Source of the DNA: Coriobacteriia bacterium
GTDB taxonomy: Bacteria > Actinomycetota > Coriobacteriia > Anaerosomatales > JBAZZO01
NCBI GenBank assembly: GCA_041658765.1
Contig: JBAZZO010000012.1
Span: 5,387-69,386 of the forward strand
DNA length: 64,000 bases
Reading direction: 5' to 3'
Of the stretch, positions 45,823 to 54,705 are shown piece after piece. Both the position numbers and the translations under genes were made by a program. The notes under the pieces are model-generated. The model saw only the letters and a program-made list of their open reading frames with translations. It was not told where the DNA came from and ran no database searches. Positions within the stretch are counted from its first letter, which is position 1. Each line of letters starts with the position of its first letter.

Positions 45823-45852
45823 GCGGACGGACGCGGACGGAGAGACGCTGAA

Positions 45853-46692
45853 GTGGATCCGATGCTCGTCTTGAAGGCGGTACTCGTGCTCGCGGCGCTC
45901 GGCGCGTTCTCCGCGGCGCTGCTGGCCACCGCCGCGAGGCGTTTCCATGTCGACGTCGACCCGAAGGTCGAGCTGGTCTTCGAGGCGCTGCCGGGCTCGA
46001 ACTGTGGGGCGTGCGGCAATCCGTCGTGCTTCGCCGTCGCCGAGCGCGTCTCGGCCGGCTCGCTGAAGGTCGACACGTGCGTCGCCGGCGGCCAGTCCGT
46101 CGCCGACGCCCTCGCGAAGGTCCTCGGCGTCACCGGGGTCGAGGTCGAGGCGTCGGTGAGCGTGCTCCACTGCGGCGGAGGCACCCGGTCGGCGCGTTCG
46201 TACCGCTACAGCGGGCTCCACTCGTGCAACGCGGTCGCGCGTCTCGCAGGCGGCCCTCTGCGCTGTCCCGCCGGATGCATCGGGTTCGGCGACTGCGCTC
46301 GCGCGTGCCCCTTCGATGCGATCATCATGGGCGACGACGGTCTTCCCATCGTCGACCTCGAGGCTTGTACCGGATGTGGCATCTGCGTGCGGGAATGCCC
46401 GCGTGCGGGGTCCCATCACCTTCTCGAACTCCTGCCTGTCGCCACCAGGGTCGTCGTCCGCTGCTCCACGCGCGAGCGCGTGAAGGAACGCCGCGAGAGC
46501 TGCCCGGTCTGCTGCATCGCGTGTAAGAAGTGCGAGAAGGTCTGTGATGTCGACGCGATCGTCGTCGTCGACGGTCTCGCCGTCATCGACCAGGCACTCT
46601 GTACGGCTTGCGGAGCTTGCATCGAGGAGTGCCCGCAGAACTGCATCGGACGTATCGACCAGGGGGCCTGTGCCGCGGAGGTCAGCGCTTGA
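45853..46692 (+). CDS. rnfB: Rnf complex subunit B
   Basis: N-terminal TM helix, CGACGNPSC motif, and several 4Fe-4S ferredoxin motifs. Confidence 0.88.
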   Translation: MDPMLVLKAVLVLAALGAFSAALLATAARRFHVDVDPKVELVFEALPGSNCGACGNPSCFAVAERVSAGSLKVDTCVAGGQSVADALAKVLGVTGVEVEASVSVLHCGGGTRSARSYRYSGLHSCNAVARLAGGPLRCPAGCIGFGDCARACPFDAIIMGDDGLPIVDLEACTGCGICVRECPRAGSHHLLELLPVATRVVVRCSTRERVKERRESCPVCCIACKKCEKVCDVDAIVVVDGLAVIDQALCTACGACIEECPQNCIGRIDQGACAAEVSA

Positions 46693-47051
46693 CCAAGTGG
46701 GATCGTGTCCTCGTGATCGCGATCGTGGTCTTGGCGATCACAGCCCTTCCGGTCGCGACCGCGCTGGCCGGTGGAGGCGCGAACCGCGTCGTGATCACCG
46801 GGCCTCACGGTCGCACCGTCCTTCCGATCGGTGTCCCGCGCCGCGTGACCGTCGAAGGGGCGCTCGGGCCGGTCGAGGTCGTCATATCCGACGGAGCGGC
46901 CCGCGTCACCGAGTCGTCGTGTCCCGACAAGCTGTGCGTGCGCTCGGGTCCGATCGCCGCTGCGGGTCATGCTGTCGTCTGTGCTCCCAACGGCGTCACC
47001 GTCGTCGTAGGTGGTGATGAGCGTGGCGTCTTCGACGCCGTCGTTCGCTAG
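46689..47051 (+). CDS. NusG domain II-containing protein
   Basis: TTG at 46689 overlaps the rnfB stop. TM helix followed by VTESSCPDKLCVRSGPIAAAGHAVVCAPNGVTVVV, which is characteristic of this family. Confidence 0.65.
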   Translation: MTKWDRVLVIAIVVLAITALPVATALAGGGANRVVITGPHGRTVLPIGVPRRVTVEGALGPVEVVISDGAARVTESSCPDKLCVRSGPIAAAGHAVVCAPNGVTVVVGGDERGVFDAVVR

Positions 47052-47589
47052 CCACGTCGTGGTCGCCGCCCCGCGCAGTACTGGAGCGCTCGCGCGCGCC
47101 GCATGCCTGCTCGCGATGGGTTCGGTGCTCGGTCTCGTCGAGAGCTGGCTCGTCCCCGCGCTCCCGCTCCCAGGCGTGCGACTCGGGCTCGCGAACCTCG
47201 CGGTGGTCCTCGCCATGGTGCTCGTCGGGGACGGTCGGGCCCTGGCCGTCTCGATCGGGCGGGTGATCATCGTGGGCGCCGCGACGGGCTCTCTCGGCGG
47301 CCCGGGGAGCGCTCTCGCCGCGGGCGGCGCCCTGGCCGCCTGGACCGTGATGGTCGCGCTCCGTCGTCTCGGCGGGGAGCGCTTCTCCGTGGTCGGCTGG
47401 TCGGCGGCCGGTTCCGCCGCCCACGTGCTGGCGCAGATCGGCGTCGCGTGCGCGCTGGCCGGATCGTTCGCGCCGCTGTTCGTCGCACCCGTGTCCGTGC
47501 TGGCCGGGCTCGTCTTCGGCGTCATCATCGGCTATCTCGCCCTGCTTCTCCTCTCCCGCATCCCCCTCGCCGCGTACGCGTCTCGGTGA
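47011..47589 (+). CDS. Gx transporter family protein (Hpre_diP_synt_I-like membrane protein)
   Basis: LGLVESWLVPALPLPGVRLGLANLAVVLAMV is typical of the family. The start is uncertain (47011, 47017 or 47059). Confidence 0.65.
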   Translation: MVMSVASSTPSFASHVVVAAPRSTGALARAACLLAMGSVLGLVESWLVPALPLPGVRLGLANLAVVLAMVLVGDGRALAVSIGRVIIVGAATGSLGGPGSALAAGGALAAWTVMVALRRLGGERFSVVGWSAAGSAAHVLAQIGVACALAGSFAPLFVAPVSVLAGLVFGVIIGYLALLLLSRIPLAAYASR

Positions 47590-47600
47590 GAGGAGGGGCC

Positions 47601-48263
47601 ATGGCGCCCCGGCTCGGAGGGTTGGCCCGCTCGCCGCGGGAACTGCTGCTGTGCGGAAGGGCCGACGCGCTCTCGGACGCCGGATTGCTCTCCGTGCTCG
47701 TAGGTGAGGACGGCGACGAAGCGGGACGGGCGATACTCGAGGCACACCCGCTGCCCGACGGACTGTGGCGGGCGTGCGCCGAGGACCTGCAGCGATGCGC
47801 CAGGGTCGGGCCCGCTCGCGCCGCTAGAGTGATAGCCGGCATCGAGCTCGGCAGACGCGTGTCGGCGTGGCCGAAGTCCGTGAGGCCCCTCGTGTCCTCT
47901 CCCGAGGACGTCGTGAGGTTGTGCGGCCCTCAGCTGCGCGGACTCGATCGCGAGCACTTCTGGGCGCTGGCCCTGAACACGAAGAACCAGCTGTTGCGGG
48001 CGTTCGAGGTCTCCGTCGGGAGTCTGAACGCGTCGATCGTCCATCCGCGGGAACTCTACAAGGAGGCCGTCCGTGTCTCGGCCGCCTCGCTGGTCGTGGT
48101 GCACAACCACCCGAGCGGCGACCCGACGCCGAGCGGTGCGGACATACAACTCACGAGGCGGCTCGTGAAGGCCGGCGACGTGCTCGGGATCGAGTTGCTC
48201 GATCACGTCGTCGTCGGCGACGGCGAGACGCACGCGTCCTTGCGCGAACTGGGCGTGATGTAG
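47601..48263 (+). CDS. radC: RadC family (JAMM-motif) protein
   Basis: ATG follows GAGAGGAGGGG. Contains VVHNHPSGDPTPSGADIQLTRRL. Confidence 0.88.
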   Translation: MAPRLGGLARSPRELLLCGRADALSDAGLLSVLVGEDGDEAGRAILEAHPLPDGLWRACAEDLQRCARVGPARAARVIAGIELGRRVSAWPKSVRPLVSSPEDVVRLCGPQLRGLDREHFWALALNTKNQLLRAFEVSVGSLNASIVHPRELYKEAVRVSAASLVVVHNHPSGDPTPSGADIQLTRRLVKAGDVLGIELLDHVVVGDGETHASLRELGVM

Positions 48264-48279
48264 GGGCTGCGACGTGCTG

Positions 48280-48288
48280 TGCTAGACT
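48280..48288 (+). promoter_or_regulatory. putative extended -10 promoter (TGcTAGACT) for mreB
   Basis: The motif lies 38 nt upstream of the mreB GTG, in the radC-mreB gap. Confidence 0.4.
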
Positions 48289-48326
48289 TTACGGGTCCGG
48301 ACGGCCCAGTCCCGGAGGGGGCCTGC

Positions 48327-49367
48327 GTGTCGCTCATCGACATGTTCTTCAACTCGTGGGGCGGCGACATGGCCGTCGACCTCGGCACCGCGAACACGCT
48401 GGTCAGCGTTCGCGGTAGAGGCATCGTCCTGATCGAGCCGTCCGTCGTGGCGGTCGAGAAGGACACCAAGCGCGTGCTCGCCGTCGGCATCGAGGCGAAG
48501 CGCATGCTCGGTCGCACGCCAGGCTCGATCGTCGCCATCCGTCCGCTCAAGGACGGCGTCATCGCCGACTTCGAGGTCACCGAGGCGATGCTGCGCTACT
48601 TCATCAACCGCACCCGCGTGAAGCGCTTCCCGTGGCAGCCGAAGCCCCGGGTCGTCGTCTGCGTCCCCTCGGGCGTCACCGAGGTCGAGAAGCGCGCCGT
48701 CTTCGAGGCGACGATGCAGGCCGGCGCGCGGCACGCGTACCTGATCGAGGAGCCGATGGCCGCGGCGATCGGCGCGGGGCTGCCCATCCAGGAGCCGACC
48801 GGCAACATGGTCGTCGACATCGGCGGCGGCACGACCGAGGTCGCGATCATCTCGCTCGGCGGCATCGTCGTGGCGCAGTCCATCCGCATCGGCGGCGACG
48901 AGTTCGACGAGGCGATAATCGCCCACGTCAAGCGCGAGTACAACGTGCTCGTGGGCGAGCGCACCGCTGAGGAGATCAAGTTCGAGATCGGCTCGGCCCA
49001 TCCGCTGCCCGAGGAGCTCGACGTCGAGGTCCGCGGTCGCGACCTGCTCACCGGGCTCCCCAGGACGATCCAACTCTCGTCGGAGGAGATCCGCACAGCG
49101 GTCGAGGAACCGACGCAGGCCATCGTCCAAGCCATCAAGGCGACTCTCGAAGAGACGCCGCCGGAGCTGTCCAGCGACATCATGGAGTACGGTATCGTGC
49201 TCACCGGCGGAGGCGCCCTGCTCAAGGGGATGGACGAGAGGTTGCGAATGGAGACGGGGATGCCCGTGCACGTCTCCGAGAACGCGCTCATCAACGTCGT
49301 TCTCGGTTCGGCGATGGCCCTCGAGGAGATCGACGTCCTCAAGAAGGTCCTGACGGTCTCCCGCTAG
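48327..49367 (+). CDS. mreB: rod shape-determining protein MreB
   Basis: [12 protein letters not shown] and [12 protein letters not shown] motifs. GTG at 48327 lies 8 nt after GGAGG; an alternative ATG is at 48342. Confidence 0.92.
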   Translation: MSLIDMFFNSWGGDMAVDLGTANTLVSVRGRGIVLIEPSVVAVEKDTKRVLAVGIEAKRMLGRTPGSIVAIRPLKDGVIADFEVTEAMLRYFINRTRVKRFPWQPKPRVVVCVPSGVTEVEKRAVFEATMQAGARHAYLIEEPMAAAIGAGLPIQEPTGNMVVDIGGGTTEVAIISLGGIVVAQSIRIGGDEFDEAIIAHVKREYNVLVGERTAEEIKFEIGSAHPLPEELDVEVRGRDLLTGLPRTIQLSSEEIRTAVEEPTQAIVQAIKATLEETPPELSSDIMEYGIVLTGGGALLKGMDERLRMETGMPVHVSENALINVVLGSAMALEEIDVLKKVLTVSR

Positions 49368-49382
49368 GGAGCGTCCGCCGAG

Positions 49383-50237
49383 ATGCGCCTGGCAGACACC
49401 GACACGAGGAAGGGGAGCCCGGCGCTCCTCGCCGTTCTCGTAGTCGTGTCGCTCGTCGTCACGACGGTCTACTTCCGCGAGGGCCCTCGCGGGCCTCTGC
49501 GCCGTGCCCGGACGATGGCGCTTGCGGTCTCTCGCCCGCTGCTCGCGGTCGGCGACGGCGTGACCGCTCCGTTCCGCGCGGTGCGCGGCTTCTTCGCGGG
49601 CATGGGCGCGTCGCGTTCGGAGATCGAGACCCTGCGACGCCAGAACGCCGAGTTGCGCACGCGTCTCGCCTCGCTCGAGGAAGCGCGCCAGGAGAACGAC
49701 CGGCTGAGGGCCCTCGTGAACTTCGCCGAGGCGAAGAAGTTCGCCTCTCTCGGCGCTCGGGTGATCGGCCGCCCGACCGACCCGTGGATCGGCGTCGTCA
49801 CCATCGACCGTGGGACCGCCGACGGCATCCGGAGCGGGATGCCCGTGCTGGCGGCGCAGGGGCTCGTCGGGCAGGTCCTGGACGTCTCGCGCCACATTGC
49901 GCGCGTGCGCCTGATCACCGACCAGGAGAGCGGCGTCGCGGTCCTGGTGCAGTCGACGCGCGCCGTCGGCGTCGTCCGCGGGTCGATCGACCGCCGCCTC
50001 TCGCTCGACTTCGTCGACGCCTCGACCCTTCCGACCGTTGGCGACGTCGTGGTCACCTCCGGTCTGGGCGGCGTATACCCGAAAGGCATCGTCGTGGGGG
50101 ACGTGACCGACGTCGAGAGGCAGCGGGGCGATCTGTATCCGACCGTCGGAGTGCGCTCGAGGGTCCCCATCGATCTCATCGAGGAGGTCCTCGTGCTGAT
50201 AGGGCCGTCCGTCTCGACCGGGGGTGGGGGAGAATGA
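49383..50237 (+). CDS. mreC: rod shape-determining protein MreC
   Basis: TM helix, coiled coil (LRRQNAELRTRLASLEE) and two beta-barrel domains (VVTSGLGGVYPKGIVVG). Confidence 0.88.
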   Translation: MRLADTDTRKGSPALLAVLVVVSLVVTTVYFREGPRGPLRRARTMALAVSRPLLAVGDGVTAPFRAVRGFFAGMGASRSEIETLRRQNAELRTRLASLEEARQENDRLRALVNFAEAKKFASLGARVIGRPTDPWIGVVTIDRGTADGIRSGMPVLAAQGLVGQVLDVSRHIARVRLITDQESGVAVLVQSTRAVGVVRGSIDRRLSLDFVDASTLPTVGDVVVTSGLGGVYPKGIVVGDVTDVERQRGDLYPTVGVRSRVPIDLIEEVLVLIGPSVSTGGGGE

Positions 50238-50746
50238 GCGGTGTCGCGGGTCGCGTCGCGCTCGGTGTGCTCCTCGCCGTCACGCTGCAGCTGGTGATCG
50301 GCTCCCACCTGACGATCGCTGGTGTCGTCCCCGATCTCCTGCTCGTGGCGACGGTGACCGTGGCTCTCGCGTCCGGCTCCAGCGCGGGCGCGGTCGCGGG
50401 TTTCGCCGCGGGCGTGCTGGCGGACCTCATCGGCAGCGGACCCTTCGGCGCGTCGATGCTCGTCATGACGGTCGTGGGCTACCTCGCGGGTTCGCTCCAG
50501 GCGAGCCTGTTCGCCGAAGGATGGCTCGCTCCCGTGACCGTCGTGCTCACGGCGAGCCTGCTGAAGGAGGCCTCGTACGGCCTGCTGCTGGGAGTGCTCG
50601 GCGTGGGGGGCCCGTTCTGGCGGACGCTCTCGCGGGTCGTGCTCCCGACAGCGGCGTATACGACCATCGTGGCGGTGATCGTCTACCCGTGGGTGTCGCG
50701 GCTCCTGCGCCGCGAGCGATCGGTCGCGACTCTCGGCCGGCTATGA
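50234..50746 (+). CDS. mreD: rod shape-determining protein MreD
   Basis: ATGA overlap with mreC. 170-aa polytopic membrane protein in the canonical position. Confidence 0.8.
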   Translation: MSGVAGRVALGVLLAVTLQLVIGSHLTIAGVVPDLLLVATVTVALASGSSAGAVAGFAAGVLADLIGSGPFGASMLVMTVVGYLAGSLQASLFAEGWLAPVTVVLTASLLKEASYGLLLGVLGVGGPFWRTLSRVVLPTAAYTTIVAVIVYPWVSRLLRRERSVATLGRL

Positions 50747-52662
50747 CCACGTTCCGCGATCGTCTCAAGCCCCGCTTCGCCGCTCTCGGCGTCGTGGTAC
50801 TCGTCGTCTTCGGCAGCCTTCTCGTCCGCTTGTGGGCGATGCAGGTGGTCGCGGGCGATGCTTTCGCCCGCCAGGCGGAGAACAACCGTATCCGCGAGAT
50901 CACGGTCGACGCGCCTCGCGGCCGGATCCTCGACCGCAAGGGCCGTCTCCTCGTGTCGAACCGTGCCGTCCTGGGAGTGACGCTCGATCCCTCGAGCGAC
51001 GCGGTGAGGGGCCTTGTCGCCCTCGCTCAGAACTCCGACAAGACCGACGATCCCACGCCGGCGCAGCTGGCGAAAGCGCTCGGTCCGCTCGCCGCGCGTC
51101 TGAAAGTGACGCCCGCTGTCGTCTTCGAGCGGCTGCTCACCTCGAAGGTCGAGGCCCACAAGCCGCGCGTCGTCGCCATCGACGTGCCGATCGCCACGGT
51201 GAGCTACATCCTCGAACACCAGCCGGACTTCCCGGGAGTGGGCGTGGAGGAGCTCGGGGTGCGGCAGTACCCGTTGGGGAGCCTGGCGGCTCACGTCCTC
51301 GGTTACACGGGCGAGATCTCCGAGCAGCAGCTCGCCGATCCCGACCTCTCCGGCTACCATCTCGGCGACGTCGTGGGCAAGACCGGCGCCGAGCGCCAGT
51401 TCGAGAGCGTTCTCCAGGGCGACAAGGGAGTGCGGCACATCGAGGTCGACGCGGCGGGCCGGTTGCGGCGCGTCGTCGACAGGACCGACCCCATCCCCGG
51501 CCGGGACGTCGTGCTCACCCTCGACATCGACATCCAGCGCATCACCGAGGAGGCTCTCGCTGGGGCGCTCTCGGAGGCACGTCGCCAGAGGTTCTACAAG
51601 GCGCGCTCGGGCGCCGCGGTCGTCCTCGACGTGAAGACGGGCGAGGTGCTCGCGATGGCGAGCGCCCCGACCTACGATCCCGCGCTGTTCATCGGTGGCA
51701 TCGGGTCCGTCGAGTGGAAACGCTTGAACGCGCCGAACAGCGAGTACCCGCTCAACAACCGGGCGATCATGTCCGCGTATCCGCCGGCCTCGACGTTCAA
51801 GGCGATCACGGGGCTGGCCGGGCTGCAGAACAAGATCACGAGCGAGTACCGGCTCTACGATTGCGCGGGGCGCTGGACCGCGATGGGCGAGCAGTGGCCC
51901 AAGTGGTGCTGGAAGCGCACCGGGCACGGCTCCATCGATTTCGCGAACGGTATCGAACAGTCCTGCGACACGGTCTTCTACGAGATCGGCTACGCGTTCT
52001 ACAAGAAGCCCGGTGAGAAGTTCCAGGCTTTCGCCCGGGCGAGCGGTTTCGGGAGCGTCACCGGGATCGACCTTCCCGGAGAGGTGCCGGGGCGTGTCCC
52101 CGACGCCGCCTGGAAGCGGGCCTTCAACAAGGACTATCCCGAGTACCGCACGTGGCTGCCGGGCGACACCGTGAACATGGCGATCGGGCAGGGCGACCTG
52201 CTGGCCACGCCGTTGCAGCTCGCGGCCGGGTACGCGGGGATCGCGAACGGCGGCCGGGTCATGCAGCCGCACGTGATGCGCAGGGTCCTAGACTCGGCCG
52301 GCAAGACCGTGCTCGTATCGCGCTCGAAGGTCGCGTACCGCATACCGGCGTCGGCCGGGGTCCTCGGTGTCATGCGTCGCGGGCTCGTGTCGGTGACGGA
52401 GAACGGCACGGCCAAGGGCGCCTTCCGGGGATTCAAGGCGACCGTCGCCGGCAAGACCGGCACGGCGGAGGTCCGCGGCAAGGACGACTACGCGCTGTTC
52501 GCCGCGTATGCGCCCGCCGAGTCCCCGCGCTACGCGGTCGTGGTCATCATCGAGCAAGGCGGACACGGTGGTTCGGTCGCCGCGCCCGCGGCTCGCCGGA
52601 TCATCGCGAAGCTGCTGGGGCTGCCGACGACCGCCGTCCGCGCGACGGACGCATCGAGGTAA
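50743..52662 (+). CDS. mrdA: penicillin-binding protein 2 (elongasome transpeptidase)
   Basis: ATGA overlap with mreD. Carries the STFK, SCD and KTGTAE motifs. Confidence 0.9.
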   Translation: MTTFRDRLKPRFAALGVVVLVVFGSLLVRLWAMQVVAGDAFARQAENNRIREITVDAPRGRILDRKGRLLVSNRAVLGVTLDPSSDAVRGLVALAQNSDKTDDPTPAQLAKALGPLAARLKVTPAVVFERLLTSKVEAHKPRVVAIDVPIATVSYILEHQPDFPGVGVEELGVRQYPLGSLAAHVLGYTGEISEQQLADPDLSGYHLGDVVGKTGAERQFESVLQGDKGVRHIEVDAAGRLRRVVDRTDPIPGRDVVLTLDIDIQRITEEALAGALSEARRQRFYKARSGAAVVLDVKTGEVLAMASAPTYDPALFIGGIGSVEWKRLNAPNSEYPLNNRAIMSAYPPASTFKAITGLAGLQNKITSEYRLYDCAGRWTAMGEQWPKWCWKRTGHGSIDFANGIEQSCDTVFYEIGYAFYKKPGEKFQAFARASGFGSVTGIDLPGEVPGRVPDAAWKRAFNKDYPEYRTWLPGDTVNMAIGQGDLLATPLQLAAGYAGIANGGRVMQPHVMRRVLDSAGKTVLVSRSKVAYRIPASAGVLGVMRRGLVSVTENGTAKGAFRGFKATVAGKTGTAEVRGKDDYALFAAYAPAESPRYAVVVIIEQGGHGGSVAAPAARRIIAKLLGLPTTAVRATDASR

Positions 52663-52669
52663 GGCGGAC

Positions 52670-53785
52670 ATGGAGAAATCGACTTCTCGGCGAGTACGCG
52701 ACGCGGTCAACGCGCCGCTGCTGCTCTGGGTGGCGCTCCTCGTGGTCTTCGGGACCGTCGTCGTAGCGTCGGCGCTGCCGGAGGGCGCGGTCGGCGAGTC
52801 TATGCTGCGCAGGCACGTCGCGGGCATCCTCGTCGGGCTCGTCCCGCTCGCCGTGGCTTGGTCGTTCGACTACACGCAGTTCGAGCACTGGCTCGGTCCG
52901 CTCGCCGTGTTCGGCGCCATCCTCGTCGTGTCGCCGAGGATCCCCGGCCTGGGAGCGAGCGCGAAGGGCGCCACGTCGTGGCTCCAGATAGCTGGCGTGC
53001 GCCTGTTCCAGCCCTCCGAGCCGGCCAAACTCGTGATGATAATCGTGCTTGCCGCGGTGATCGCGCACTACAGGGGGCGCATCGACACACCCAAGGACGT
53101 CGCTCGCGTCATGGGCTTCCTCTTCGTCCCGCTCGCGCTCATCCTGGTCCAGCCCGACCTCGGCACAGGGCTGGTCTTCGTCGCCATCGCCATGGGGATG
53201 TTCCTCGTCGGCGGACTGGGCCTGCGCTGGTTCGCGGTCTTCGCCGTGGTCGGCGCGCTCGGCGTGCTGCTCGTGCTCAACACGCACATGCTCAAAGGTT
53301 ACCAGGAGGACCGGCTGCTCGTCTTCGTCGACCCGACGCGCGACCCGCGCGGCGCCGGCTACAACCTGGCGCAGTCGAAGATCGCGATCGGCTCCGGCGG
53401 CCTGACCGGCAAGGGGCTCGGCTCGGGCACGCAATCGAACCTCGACTTCGTTCCCGAGAGGCACACGGACTTCATCTTCGCGGTCCTGGGGGAGGAACTG
53501 GGCTTCGTCGGGGTCGCGGGCTTGCTCGCGCTCTATCTCCTGCTGCTCGTCACGGCCCTGGACGTCGCCACGTCGTCACGCGACCTCATGGGAGCGCTCA
53601 TCGTCGCGGGGGTCATCAGCATGTGGACTTTCCAGATACTGGAGAACATCGGGATGACGGTGGGGATGATGCCCATCACGGGCATCCCGCTGCCGTTCAT
53701 GAGCTACGGCGGTTCTTTCATGGTCACGAACCTGGCCGGAACGGGTATGCTGCTGTCCGTGTGGTCGCGCCGCTACGGCACCTGA
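52670..53785 (+). CDS. rodA: SEDS glycosyltransferase RodA
   Basis: FtsW/RodA/SpoVE family sequence (QPSEPAKL, DFIFAVLGEELGF, PLPFMSYGGS). Confidence 0.9.
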   Translation: MEKSTSRRVRDAVNAPLLLWVALLVVFGTVVVASALPEGAVGESMLRRHVAGILVGLVPLAVAWSFDYTQFEHWLGPLAVFGAILVVSPRIPGLGASAKGATSWLQIAGVRLFQPSEPAKLVMIIVLAAVIAHYRGRIDTPKDVARVMGFLFVPLALILVQPDLGTGLVFVAIAMGMFLVGGLGLRWFAVFAVVGALGVLLVLNTHMLKGYQEDRLLVFVDPTRDPRGAGYNLAQSKIAIGSGGLTGKGLGSGTQSNLDFVPERHTDFIFAVLGEELGFVGVAGLLALYLLLLVTALDVATSSRDLMGALIVAGVISMWTFQILENIGMTVGMMPITGIPLPFMSYGGSFMVTNLAGTGMLLSVWSRRYGT

Positions 53786-53808
53786 CGGGCGCGACGGAAA
53801 GGACCACC

Positions 53809-54705
53809 GTGGGCCTCCCTATCGATCCGCGTGACCTGCTACGTTCGGCGAAGCGCCTGAGCGAGGACCGCGACGCCGCGCTGACGTTCGAAGTGCTCGT
53901 CGAGGGAGACGCGCCCGACGCGCTCCTCGACGCGCTCCAGGCGGCCCTCGTGCCCCGTACGGCGAAGGCGCGCGTCGCCGTCGCCGCGCTCGGGGACGCG
54001 AAGCCGGCCGCGCCGGCGCCCGACGCGCTCGTGCTCGTGCTCGGTTCGGGCGCCGCCGCCGCGGTCTCGGCGGCCGACGACGCGCGCCGTCGGGGCGTGC
54101 CGGTCGCCGTGGTCGCGCTGCGCGAGGACGCCGAAGCGCTCGCGGCGTCGCTCGGCGAGCCCATCGAGGACGTCATCGCGTGCGATTCCGCCGATCGCGC
54201 GGTAGAGCTGCTCGCCCGGTGGTTCGTCGACCGGGTACCGGAGAAGCGTCTCGCCGTCGCGCACAACTTCACCTTCGTCCGGCGCGCGGTCGCCGGCACC
54301 TTCGTGCGCGCCACCGCCTGGCAGAACGGCGCGATCGGCGCTGTCGCGATCATCCCCGGCGCCGACCTTCCACTGATGACGGCGAACCAGGCGAAGATGC
54401 TCCTCCAGATCGCCGCTGCTTACGGGCAGCCTCTGAGCGCCGAACGCGTGCGGGAGCTGGCGGTCGTCGTCGGGGGTGGCTTCACGCTGCGCGCGGTCGC
54501 CCGGCAGTTCGTCGGGCTCGTCCCGGGATTCGGCTGGGCGGTCAAGGGCGGCATCGGATACGCGGGCACGGTCGCGATGGGCGAGGCCGCTATCGCCTAC
54601 TTCGAGCAGGGAGCGGACCTTCGCGCGGTCACCCGCCGCGTTCTCAAGGTCCGTGCCAAGGCCATAGGCGACGGGATCTCGGATGACGGTCCGTCCGCGG
54701 GCTGA
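53809..54705 (+). CDS. hypothetical protein with a DUF697-like C-terminal domain
   Basis: GTG start. The C-terminal half (GADLPLMTANQAKMLLQIAAAYG...GFGWAVKGGIGYAGT) resembles the YcjF/DUF697 family. The N-terminal half is Ala-rich. Confidence 0.5.
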   Translation: MGLPIDPRDLLRSAKRLSEDRDAALTFEVLVEGDAPDALLDALQAALVPRTAKARVAVAALGDAKPAAPAPDALVLVLGSGAAAAVSAADDARRRGVPVAVVALREDAEALAASLGEPIEDVIACDSADRAVELLARWFVDRVPEKRLAVAHNFTFVRRAVAGTFVRATAWQNGAIGAVAIIPGADLPLMTANQAKMLLQIAAAYGQPLSAERVRELAVVVGGGFTLRAVARQFVGLVPGFGWAVKGGIGYAGTVAMGEAAIAYFEQGADLRAVTRRVLKVRAKAIGDGISDDGPSAG

